Shown here one piece after another: positions 35,176 to 47,100 of a DNA stretch of 64,000 nt; the first letter of the stretch is position 1; each line of letters begins with the position of its first letter. Origin of the DNA: Squalus acanthias (lineage: Eukaryota); assembly GCA_030390025.1 (NCBI GenBank), contig CM059433.1, positions 28,956,001-29,020,000 of the forward strand. Direction: 5' to 3'. The notes under the pieces were generated by a model, which saw only the letters and a program-made list of their open reading frames with translations, was not told the origin of the DNA and did no database searches. The translations under genes were made by a program, and so were the position numbers.

Positions 35176-38100
35176 GGGGAGAGACTGGGGAGAGAGAGAG
35201 ACTGGGGAGAGAGAGCGACACTGGGGAGAGAGAGACTGGGGAGAGAGAGAGAGACTGGGGGAGAGAGAGAGACTGAGGAGAGAGAGACTGAGGAGAGAGA
35301 GACTGGGGAGAGAGAGACTGGGGAGAGAGAGACTGGGGAGAGAGAGACTGGGGAGAGAGAGAGACTGGGGAGAGAGACTGGGGAGAGAGAGAGACTGGGG
35401 AGAGAGAGACTGGGGCGAGAGAGACTGGGGCAAGAGAGACTGGGAAGAGAGAGACTGGGGAGAGAGAGACTGGGGAGAGAGAGACTGGGGAGAGAGAGAG
35501 AGAGAGACGGGGAGAGAGAGAGACGGGGAGAGAGAGACTGGGGAGAGAGAGAGACTGGGGAGAGAGAGACTGGGGAGAGAAAGACTGGGGAGAGAGAGAG
35601 AGACTGGTGAGAGAGAGAGACTGGGGAGAGAGAGAGATTGGGGGAGAGAGTGAGACTGGGTAGAGAGAGAGACTGGGGAGAGAGAGACTAGGGGAGAGAG
35701 AGACTGGGGGGAGAGAGACAGGGGAGAGTGACTCTGGGGAGAGAGAGACTGGGGAGAGAGAGAGACTGGGGAGAGAGAGAGACTGGGGAGAGAGGGTGCC
35801 TGGGGAGAGAGAGACTGGGGAGAGAGGGACGGGGGAGAGAGAGACTGGGGAGAGAGGGACTGGGGAGAGAGAGACTGGGGAGAGAGAGATGGGGAGAGAG
35901 AGACTGGGTGAGAGAGGGACTGGGGGAGAGAGGGACTGGGGAGAGAGAGACTGGGGAGAGAGAGACTGGGGAGAGAGGGACTGGGGAGAGAGGGACTGGG
36001 GGGAGAGAGGGACTGGGGGGAGAGAGGGACTGGGGAGAGAGGGACTGGGGGAGAGAGGGACTGGGGGAGAGAGAGACGGGGGAGAGAGAGCCTGGGGGAG
36101 AGACTGGGGAGAGAGAGACTGGGGAGAGAGGGACTGGGGGAGAGAGAGTTGGGGAGAGAGAGAGACTGGGGAGAGAGAGATTGGGAGAGAGAGAGACTGG
36201 GGGAGAGAGAGACTGGGAGAGAGAGACTGGGGAGAGAGAGAGACTGGGGAGAGAGAGAGACTGGGGAGAGAGAGAGACTGGGGAGAGAGAGAGACTGGGG
36301 AGAGAGAGACTGGGAGAGAGAGAGACTGGAGAGAGAGAGACTGGGGAGAGAGGGACTGGGGGAGAGAGAGTCGGGGGAGAGAGAGAGACTGGGGAGAGGG
36401 AGATTGGGGAGAGAGAGAGACGGGGGAGAGAGAGACTGGGGAGAGACTGGGGAGAGAGAGAGACTGGGGAGTGAGAGACGGGGGAGAGAGACTCTGGGGA
36501 GAGAGAGACTGGGAGAGAGAGACTGGGAGAGAGAGAGAGACTGGGGAGAGAGAAACTGGGGAGAGAGAAACTGGGGAGAGAGAGAGACTGGGGAGAGAGA
36601 GAGACTGGGGAGAGAGAGTGACTGGGGAGAGAGAGACTGGGGAGAGAGGGACGGGGGAGAGAGAGAGACTGGGGGAGAGAGAGACTGGGGAGAGAGAGAG
36701 AGAGACTGGGGAGAGAGAGAGACTGGGGAGAGAGAGACTGAGGAGAGAGAGACTGGGGAGAGAGAGACTGGGGAGAGAGAGACTGGGGAGAGAGAGACTG
36801 GGGAGAGAGAGAGACTGGGAGAGAGAGAGAGACTGAGGAGAGAGAGACTGAGGAGAGAGAGACTGGGGAGAGAGAGACTGGGGAGAGAGAGACTGGGGAG
36901 AGAGAGAGACTGGGGAGAGAGAGACTGGGGAGAGAGAGAGACTGGGGGAGAGAGAGACTGGGGGAGAGAGAGACTGGGGAGAGAGAGAGAGAGACTGGGG
37001 AGAGAGAGAGAGAGACTGGGGAGGGAGAGAGAGAGACTGGGGAGAGAGAGAGACTGGGGGAGAGAGAGACTGGGGAGAGAGAGACAGGGGAGAGAGAGAG
37101 ACTGGGGAGAGAGAGGGACTGGGGGAGAGAGGGACTGGGGGAGAGAGGGACTGGGGGAGAGAGGGACTGGGGGAGAGAGAGTTGGGGGAGAGAGAGAGAC
37201 TGGGGAGAGAGAGATTGGGGAGAGAGAGAGACTGGGGGAGAGAGAGACTGGGGAGAGAGAGACTGGGGAGAGAGAGAGACTGGGGAGAGAGAGAGACTGG
37301 GAGAGAGAGAGACTGGGGAGAGAGAGAGACGGGAGAGAGAGACTGGGGAGAGAGAGACTGGGGAGAGAGAGACTGGGGAGAGAGGGACTGGGGAGAGAGA
37401 GTCGGGGGAGAGAGAGAGACTGGGGAGAGGGAGATTGGGGAGAGAGAGAGACTGGGGGAGAGAGAGACTGGGGAGAGACTGGGGAGAGAGAGAGACTGGG
37501 GAGTGAGAGACGGGGGAGAGAGACTCTGGGGAGAGAGACTCTGGGGAGAGAGAGACTGGGGAGAGAGAGAGAGACTGGGGAGAGAGAAACTGGTGAGAGA
37601 GAAACTGGGGAGAGAGAGAGACTGGGGAGAGAGAGAGACTGGGGAGAGAGAGTGACTGGGGAGAGAGAGACTGGGGAGAGAGGGACGGGGGAGAGAGAGA
37701 GACTGGGGGAGAGAGAGACTGGGGAGAGAGAGAGAGAGACTGGGGAGAGAGAGAGACTGGGGAGAGAGAGACTGAGGAGAGAGAGACTGGGGAGAGAGAG
37801 ACTGGGGAGAGAGAGAGACTGGGAGAGAGAGAGAGACTGAGGAGAGAGAGACTGAGGAGAGAGAGACTGGGGAGAGAGAGACTGGGGAGAGAGAGACTGG
37901 GGAGAGAGAGACTGGGGAGAGAGAGAGACTGGGGAGAGAGAGACTGGGGAGAGAGAGACTGGGGAGAGAGAGAGACTGGGGAGAGAGAGACTGGGGAGAG
38001 AGAGAGAGAGAGACGGGGAGAGAGAGAGACGGGGAGAGAGAGACTGGGAGAGAGAGAGACTGGGGAGAGAGAGACTGGGGAGAGAAAGACTGGGGAGAGA

Positions 38101-41100
38101 GAGAGAGACTGGTGAGAGAGAGAGACTGGGGAGAGAGAGAGATTGGGGGAGAGAGTGAGACTGGGTAGAGAGAGAGACTGGGGAGAGAGAGACTAGGGGA
38201 GAGAGAGACTGGGGGAGAGAGACAGGGGAGAGTGACTCTGGGGAGAGAGAGACTGGGGAGAGAGAGAGACTGGGGAGAGAGAGAGACTGGGGAGAGAGGG
38301 TGCCTGGGGAGAGAGAGACTGGGGAGAGAGGGACGGGGGAGAGAGAGACTGGGGAGAGAGGGACTGGGAGAGAGAGACTGGGGAGAGAGAGATGGGGAGA
38401 GAGAGACTGGGTGAGAGAGGGACTGGGGAGAGAGGGACTGGGGAGAGAGAGACTGGGGAGAGAGAGACTGGGGAGAGAGGGACTGGGGAGAGAGGGACTG
38501 GGGGAGAGAGGGACTGGGGGAGAGAGGGACTGGGGGAGAGAGGGACTGGGGGAGAGAGAGACGGGGGAGAGAGAGCCTGGGGGAGAGACTGGGGAGAGAG
38601 AGACTGGGGAGAGAGGGACTGGGGGAGAGAGAGTTGGGGGAGAGAGAGAGACTGGGGAGAGAGAGATTGGGGAGAGAGAGAGACTGGGGGAGAGAGAGAC
38701 TGGGGAGAGAGAGACTGGGGAGAGAGAGAGACTGGGGAGAGAGAGAGACTGGGGAGAGAGAGAGACTGGGGAGAGAGAGAGACTGGGGAGAGAGAGACTG
38801 GGGAGAGAGAGAGACTGGAGAGAGAGAGACTGGGGAGAGAGGGACTGGGGGAGAGAGAGTCGGGGGAGAGAGAGAGACTGGGGAGAGGGAGATTGGGGAG
38901 AGAGAGAGACTGGGGGAGAGAGAGACTGGGAGAGACTGGGAGAGAGAGAGACTGGGGAGTGAGAGACGGGGAGAGAGACTCTGGGGAGAGAGAGACTGGG
39001 GAGAGAGAGACTGGGGAGAGAGAGAGAGACTGGGGAGAGAGAAACTGGGGAGAGAGAAACTGGGGAGAGAGAGACACTGGGAAGAGAGAGACACTGGGGA
39101 GAGAGAGTGACTGGGAGAAAGACTGAGGAGAGAGAGAGACACGGGGAGAGAGAGAGACTGGGGGAGAGAGAGACTGGGGAGAGAGAGAGAGAGACTGGGG
39201 AGAGAGAGAGACTGGGGAGAGAGAGACTGAGGAGAGAGAGACTGGGGAGAGAGAGACTGGGAGAGAGAGACTGGGGAGAGAGAGACTGGGGAGAGAGAGA
39301 GACTGGGAGAGAGAGAGAGACTGAGGAGAGAGAGACTGAGGAGAGAGAGACTGGGGAGAGAGAGACTGGGGAGAGAGAGACTGGGAGAGAGAGACTGGGG
39401 AGAGAGAGACTGGGGAGAGAGAGACTGGGGAGAGAGAGAGACTGGGGGAGAGAGAGACTGGGGGAGAGAGAGACTGGGGAGAGAGAGAGAGAGACTGGGG
39501 AGAGAGAGAGAGAGACTGGGGAGGGAGAGAGAGAGACTGGGGAGAGAGAGAGACTGGGGGAGAGAGAGACTGGGGAGAGAGAGACAGGGGAGAGAGAGAG
39601 ACTGGGGAGAGAGAGGGGACTGGGGGGAGAGAGGGACTGGGGGGAGAGAGGGACTGGGGGAGAGAGGGACTGGGGGAGAGAGAGACGGGGGAGAGAGAGC
39701 CTGGGGGAGAGACTGGGGAGAGAGAGACTGGGGAGAGAGGGACTGGGGGGAGAGAGAGTTGGGGAGAGAGAGAGACTGGGGAGAGAGAGATTGGGGGAGA
39801 GAGAGAGACTGGGGGAGAGAGAGACTGGGGAGAGAGAGACTGGGGAGAGAGAGAGACTGGGGAGAGAGAGAGACTGGGGAGAGAGAGAGACTGGGGAGAG
39901 AGAGAGACGGGGAGAGAGAGACTGGGGGAGAGAGAGACTGGGGAGAGAGAGACTGGGGAGAGAGGGACTGGGGGAGAGAGAGTCGGGGGAGAGAGAGAGA
40001 CTGGGGAGAGGGAGATTGGGGAGAGAGAGAGACTGGGGGAGAGAGAGACTGGGGAGAGACTGGGGAGAGAGAGAGACTGGGGAGTGAGAGACGGGGGAGA
40101 GAGACTCTGGGGAGAGAGACTCTGGGGAGAGAGAGACTGGGGAGAGAGAGAGAGACTGGGGAGAGAGAAACTGGTGAGAGAGAAACTGGGGAGAGAGAGA
40201 GACTGGGGAGAGAGAGAGACTGGGGAGAGAGAGTGACTGGGGAGAGAGAGTGACTGGGGAGAGAGGGACGGGGGAGAGAGAGAGACTGGGGGAGAGAGAG
40301 ACTGGGGAGAGAGAGAGAGAGACTGGGGAGAGAGAGAGAGACTGGGGAGAGAGAGACTGAGGAGAGAGAGACTGGGGAGAGAGAGACTGGGGAGAGAGAG
40401 AGACTGGGAGAGAGAGAGAGACTGAGGAGAGAGAGACTGAGGAGAGAGAGACTGGGGAGAGAGAGACTGGGGAGAGAGAGACTGGGGAGAGAGAGACTGG
40501 GGAGAGAGAGAGACTGGGGAGAGAGAGACTGGGGAGAGAGAGACTGGGGAGAGAGAGAGACTGGGGTGAGAGAGACTGGGGAGAGAGAGAGAGAGACTGG
40601 GGAGAGAGCGAGAGAGACTGGGGAGGGAGAGAGAGAGACTGGGGAGAGAGAGAGACTGGGGAGAGAGAGACTGGGGAGAGAGAGACAGGGGAGAGAGAGA
40701 GACTGGGGAGAGAGTGAGACTGGGTAGAGAGAGAGACTGGGGAGAGAGAGACTAGGGGAGAGAGAGACTGGGGAGAGAGAGACTGGGGGAGAGAGAGAGA
40801 CTGGGGGAGAGAGAGACTGGGGGAGAGAGAGACTGGGGAGAGAGAGAGAGTGGGGAGAGAGAGACTGGGGAGAGAAAGACTGGGGAGAGAGAGAGAGACT
40901 GGTGAGAGAGAGAGACTGGGGAGAGAGAGAGATTGGGGGAGAGAGTGAGACTGGGTAGAGAGAGAGACTGGGAGAGAGAGACTAGGGGAGAGAGAGACTG
41001 GGGGAGAGAGACAGGGGAGAGAGACTCTGGGGAGAGAGAGACTGGGGAGAGAGAGAGACTGGGGAGAGAGGGTGACTGGGGAGAGAGAGACTGGGGAGAG

Positions 41101-44100
41101 AGGGACGGGGAGAGAGAGACTGGGGAGAGAGGGACTGGGGAGAGAGAGACTGGGGAGAGAGAGATGGGGAGAGAGAGACTGGGTGAGAGAGGGACTGGGG
41201 AGAGAGGGACTGGGGAGAGAGAGACTGGGGAGAGAGAGACTGGGGAGAGAGGGACTGGGGAGAGAGGGACTGGGGAGAGAGGGACTGGGGGAGAGAGGGA
41301 CTGGGGGAGAGAGGGACTGGGGGAGAGAGGGACTGGGGGAGAGAGAGACGGGGGAGAGAGAGCCTGGGGGAGAGACTGGGGAGAGAGAGACTGGGAGAGA
41401 GGGACTGGGGAGAGAGAGTCGGGGAGAGAGAGAGACTGGGGAGAGAGAGATTGGGGAGAGAGAGAGACTGGGGGAGAGAGAGACTGGGGAGAGAGAGACT
41501 AGGGGAGAGAGAGACTGGGGGAGAGAGACAGGGGAGAGAGACTCTGGGAGAGAGAGACTGGGGAGAGAGAGAGACTGGGGAGAGAGGGTGACTGGGGAGA
41601 GAGAGACTGGGAGAGAGGGACGGGGGAGAGAGAGACTGGGGAGAGAGGGACTGGGGAGAGAGAGACTGGGGAGAGAGAGACTGGGGAGAGAGAGACTGGG
41701 GAGAGAGGGACTGGGGAGAGAGGGACTGGGGGAGAGAGGGACTGGGGGAGAGAGGACTGGGGGAGAGAGGGACTGGGGGAGAGAGGGACTGGGGAGAGAG
41801 AGACGGGGGAGAGAGAGCCTGGGGGAGAGACTGGGGAGAGAGAGACTGGGGAGAGAGGGACTGGGAAGAGAGAGACTGGGGAGAGAGAGACTGGGGAGAG
41901 AGAGACTGGGGAGAGAGAGAGAGAGAGACGGGGAGAGAGAGAGACGGGGAGAGAGAGACTGGGGAGAGAGAGAGACTGGGGAGAGAGAGACTGGGGAGAG
42001 AAAGACTGGGGAGAGAGAGAGAGACTGGTGAGAGAGAGAGACTGGGGAGAGAGAGAGATTGGGGGAGAGAGTGAGACTGGGTAGAGAGAGAGACTGGGGA
42101 GAGAGAGACTAGGGGAGAGAGAGACTGGGGGAGAGAGACAGGGGAGAGTGACTCTGGGGAGAGAGAGACTGGGGAGAGAGAGAGACTGGGGAGAGAGAGA
42201 GACTGGGGAGAGAGGGTGCCTGGGGAGAGAGAGACTGGGGAGAGAGGGACGGGGAGAGAGAGACTGGGGAGAGAGGGACTGGGAGAGAGAGACTGGGGAG
42301 AGAGAGATGGGGAGAGAGAGACTGGGTGAGAGAGGGACTGGGGAGAGAGGGACTGGGGAGAGAGAGACTGGGAGAGAGAGACTGGGGAGAGAGGGACTGG
42401 GGAGAGAGGGACTGGGGGAGAGAGGGACTGGGGGAGAGAGGGACTGGGGGAGAGAGGGACTGGGGAGAGAGAGACGGGGGAGAGAGAGCCTGGGGGAGAG
42501 ACTGGGGAGAGAGAGACTGGGGAGAGAGGGACTGGGGGAGAGAGAGTTGGGGGAGAGAGAGAGACTGGGGAGAGAGAGATTGGGGAGAGAGAGAGACTGG
42601 GGGAGAGAGAGACTGGGGGAGAGAGAGACTGGGGAGAGAGAGAGACTGGGGAGAGAGAGAGACTGGGGAGAGAGAGAGACTGGGGAGAGAGAGAGACTGG
42701 GGAGAGAGAGACTGGGGAGAGAGAGAGACTGGAGAGAGAGAGACTGGGGAGAGAGGGACTGGGGGAGAGAGCGTCGGGGGAGAGAGAGAGACTGGGGAGA
42801 GGGAGATTGGGGAGAGAGAGAGACTGGGGGAGAGAGAGACTGGGGAGAGACTGGGGAGAGAGAGAGACTGGGGAGTGAGAGACGGGGGAGAGAGACTCTG
42901 GGGAGAGAGAGACTGGGGAGAGAGAGACTGGGGAGAGAGAGAGAGACTGGGGAGAGAGAAACTGGGGAGAGAGAGACTGGGGAGAGAGAGAGACTGGGGA
43001 GAGAGAGAGACTGGGGAGAGAGAGTGACTGGGGAGAGAGAGACTGGGGAGAGAGGGACGGGGGAGAGAGAGAGACTGGGGGAGAGAGAGACTGGGGAGAG
43101 AGAGAGAGAGACTGGGGAGAGAGAGAGACTGGGGAGAGAGAGACTGAGGAGAGAGAGACTGGGGAGAGAGAGACTGGGGAGAGAGAGACTGGGGAGAGAG
43201 AGACTGGGGAGAGAGAGAGACTGGGAGAGAGAGAGAGACTGAGGAGAGAGAGACTGAGGAGAGAGAGACTGGGGAGAGAGAGACTGGGAGAGAGAGACTG
43301 GGGAGAGAGAGACTGGGGAGAGAGAGAGACTGGGGAGAGAGAGACTGGGGAGAGAGAGAGACTGGGGGAGAGAGAGACTGGGGGAGAGAGAGACTGGGGA
43401 GAGAGAGAGAGAGACTGGGGAGAGAGAGAGAGAGACTGGGGAGGGAGAGAGAGAGACTGGGGAGAGAGAGAGACTGGGGGAGAGAGAGACTGGGGAGAGA
43501 GAGACAGGGGAGAGAGAGAGACTGGGGAGAGAGAGGGACTGGGGGAGAGAGGGACTGGGGGAGAGAGGGACTGGGGGAGAGAGGGACTGGGGGAGAGAGA
43601 GACGGGGGAGAGAGAGCCTGGGGGAGAGACTGGGGAGAGAGAGACTGGGGAGAGAGGGACTGGGGGAGAGAGAGTTGGGGGAGAGAGAGAGACTGGGGAG
43701 AGAGAGATTGGGGAGAGAGAGAGACTGGGGGAGAGAGAGACTGGGGAGAGAGAGACTGGGGAGAGAGAGAGACTGGGGAGAGAGAGAGACTGGGGAGAGA
43801 GAGAGACGGGGAGAGAGAGACTGGGGAGAGAGAGACTGGGGAGAGAGAGACTGGGGAGAGAGGGACTGGGGGAGAGAGAGTCGGGGGAGAGAGAGAGACT
43901 GGGGAGAGGGAGATTGGGAGAGAGAGAGACTGGGGAGAGAGAGACTGGGGAGAGACTGGGGAGAGAGAGAGACTGGGGAGTGAGAGACGGGGGAGAGAGA
44001 CTCTGGGGAGAGAGACTCTGGGGAGAGAGAGACTGGGGAGAGAGAGAGAGACTGGGGAGAGAGAAACTGGTGAGAGAGAAACTGGGGAGAGAGAGAGACT

Positions 44101-47100
44101 GGGGAGAGAGAGAGACTGGGAGAGAGAGTGACTGGGGAGAGAGAGACTGGGGAGAGAGGGACGGGGGAGAGAGAGAGACTGGGGGAGAGAGAGACTGGGG
44201 AGAGAGAGAGAGACTGGGGAGAGAGAGAGAGACTGGGGAGAGAGAGAGAGACTGGGGAGAGAGAGACTGAGAGAGAGAGAGACTGGGGAGAGAGAGACTG
44301 GGGAGAGAGAGACTGGGAGAGAGAGAGAGACTGAGGAGAGAGAGACTGAGGAGAGAGAGACTGGGGAGAGAGAGACTGGGGAGAGAGAGACTGGGGAGAG
44401 AGAGACTGGGGAGAGAGAGAGACTGGGGAGAGAGAGACTGGGGAGAGAGAGACTGGGAGAGAGAGAGACTGGGGAGAGAGAGACTGGGGAGAGAGAGAGA
44501 GAGAGACGGGGAGAGAGAGAGACGGGGAGAGAGAGACTGGGGAGAGAGAGAGACTGGGGAGAGAGAGACTGGGGAGAGAAAGACTGGGGAGAGAGAGAGA
44601 GACTGGTGAGAGAGAGAGACTGGGGAGAGAGAGAGATTGGGGGAGAGAGTGAGACTGGGTAGAGAGAGAGACTGGGGAGAGAGAGACTAGGGGAGAGAGA
44701 GACTGGGGGAGAGAGACAGGGGAGAGTGACTCTGGGGAGAGAGAGACTGGGGAGAGAGAGAGACTGGGGAGAGAGAGAGACTGGGGAGAGAGGGTGCCTG
44801 GGGAGAGAGAGACTGGGGAGAGAGGGACGGGGGAGAGAGAGACTGGGGAGAGAGGGACTGGGGAGAGAGAGACTGGGGAGAGAGAGACTGGGGAGAGAGA
44901 GATGGGGAGAGAGAGACTGGGTGAGAGAGGGACTGGGGAGAGAGGGACTGGGGAGAGAGAGACTGGGGAGAGAGAGACTGGGGAGAGAGGGACTGGGAGA
45001 GAGGGACTGGGGGAGAGAGGGACTGGGGAGAGAGGGACTGGGGAGAGAGGGACTGGGGGAGAGAGAGACGGGGGAGAGAGAGCCTGGGGGAGAGACTGGG
45101 GAGAGAGAGACTGGGGAGAGAGGGACTGGGGGAGAGAGAGTTGGGGGAGAGAGAGAGACTGGGGAGAGAGAGATTGGGGAGAGAGAGAGACTGGGGGAGA
45201 GAGAGACTGGGGAGAGAGAGACTGGGGAGAGAGAGAGACTGGGGAGAGAGAGAGACTGGGGAGAGAGAGAGACTGGGGAGAGAGAGAGACTGGGGAGAGA
45301 GAGACTGGGGAGAGAGAGAGACTGGAGAGAGAGAGACTGGGGAGAGAGGGACTGGGGGAGAGAGAGTCGGGGGAGAGAGAGAGACTGGGGAGAGGGAGAT
45401 TGGGGAGAGAGAGAGACTGGGGGAGAGAGAGACTGGGGAGAGACTGGGGAGAGAGAGAGACTGGGGAGTGAGAGACGGGGGAGAGAGACTCTGGGGAGAG
45501 AGAGACTGGGGAGAGAGAGACTGGGGAGAGAGAGAGAGACTGGGGAGAGAGAAACTGGGGAGAGAGAAACTGGGGAGAGAGAGAGACTGGGGAGAGAGAG
45601 AGACTGGGGAGAGAGAGTGACTGGGGAGAGAGAGACTGGGGAGAGAGGGACGGGGGAGAGAGAGAGACTGGGGAGGAGAGAGACTGGGGAGAGAGAGAGA
45701 GAGACTGGGGAGAGAGAGAGACTGGGGAGAGAGAGAGAGAGAGAGACTGGGGAGAGAGAGACTGGGGAGAGAGAGACTGGGGAGAGAGAGACTGGAGAGA
45801 GAGAGAGACTGGAGAGAGAGAGAGACTGAGGAGAGAGAGACTGAGGAGAGAGAGACTGGGGAGAGAGAGACTGGGGAGAGAGAGACTGGGGAGAGAGAGA
45901 CTGGGGAGAGAGAGAGACTGGGGAGAGAGAGACTGGGGAGAGAGAGAGACTGGGGGAGAGAGAGACTGGGGGAGAGAGAGACTGGGGAGAGAGAGAGAGA
46001 GACTGGGGAGAGAGAGAGAGAGACTGGGGAGGGAGAGAGAGAGACTGGGGAGAGAGAGAGACTGGGGGAGAGAGAGACTGGGGAGAGAGAGACAGGGGAG
46101 AGAGAGAGACTGGGGAGAGAGAGGGACTGGGGGAGAGAGGGACTGGGGGAGAGAGGGACTGGGGGAGAGAGGACTGGGGGAGAGAGAGACGGGGGAGAGA
46201 GAGCCTGGGGGAGAGACTGGGGAGAGAGAGACTGGGGAGAGAGGGACTGGGGGAGAGAGAGTTTGGGGAGAGAGAGAGACTGGGGAGAGAGAGATTGGGG
46301 AGAGAGAGAGACTGGGGGAGAGAGAGACTGGGGAGAGAGAGACTGGGGAGAGAGAGAGACTGGGGAGAGAGAGAGACTGGGGAGAGAGAGAGACTGGGGA
46401 GAGAGAGAGACGGGGAGAGAGAGACTGGGGAGAGAGAGACTGGGGAGAGAGAGACTGGGGAGAGAGGGACTGGGGGAGAGAGAGTCGGGGGAGAGAGAGA
46501 GACTGGGGAGAGGGAGATTGGGGAGAGAGAGAGACTGGGGGAGAGAGAGACTGGGGAGAGACTGGGGAGAGAGAGAGACTGGGGAGTGAGAGACGGGGGA
46601 GAGAGACTCTGGGGAGAGAGACTCTGGGGAGAGAGAGACTGGGGAGAGAGAGAGAGACTGGGGAGAGAGAAACTGGTGAGAGAGAAACTGGGGAGAGAGA
46701 GAGACTGGGGAGAGAGAGAGACTGGGGAGAGAGAGTGACTGGGGAGAGAGAGACTGGGGAGAGAGGGACGGGGGAGAGAGAGAGACTGGGGGAGAGAGAG
46801 ACTGGGGAGAGAGAGAGAGAGACTGGGGAGAGAGAGAGAGACTGGGGAGAGAGAGACTGAGGAGAGAGAGACTGGGGAGAGAGAGACTGGGGAGAGAGAG
46901 AGACTGGGAGAGAGAGAGAGACTGAGGAGAGAGAGACTGAGGAGAGAGAGACTGGGGAGAGAGAGACTGGGGAGAGAGAGACTGGGGAGAGAGAGACTGG
47001 GGAGAGAGAGAGACTGGGGAGAGAGAGACTGGGGAGAGAGAGACTGGGGAGAGAGAGAGACTGGGGAGAGAGAGACTGGGGAGAGAGAGAGAGAGACTGG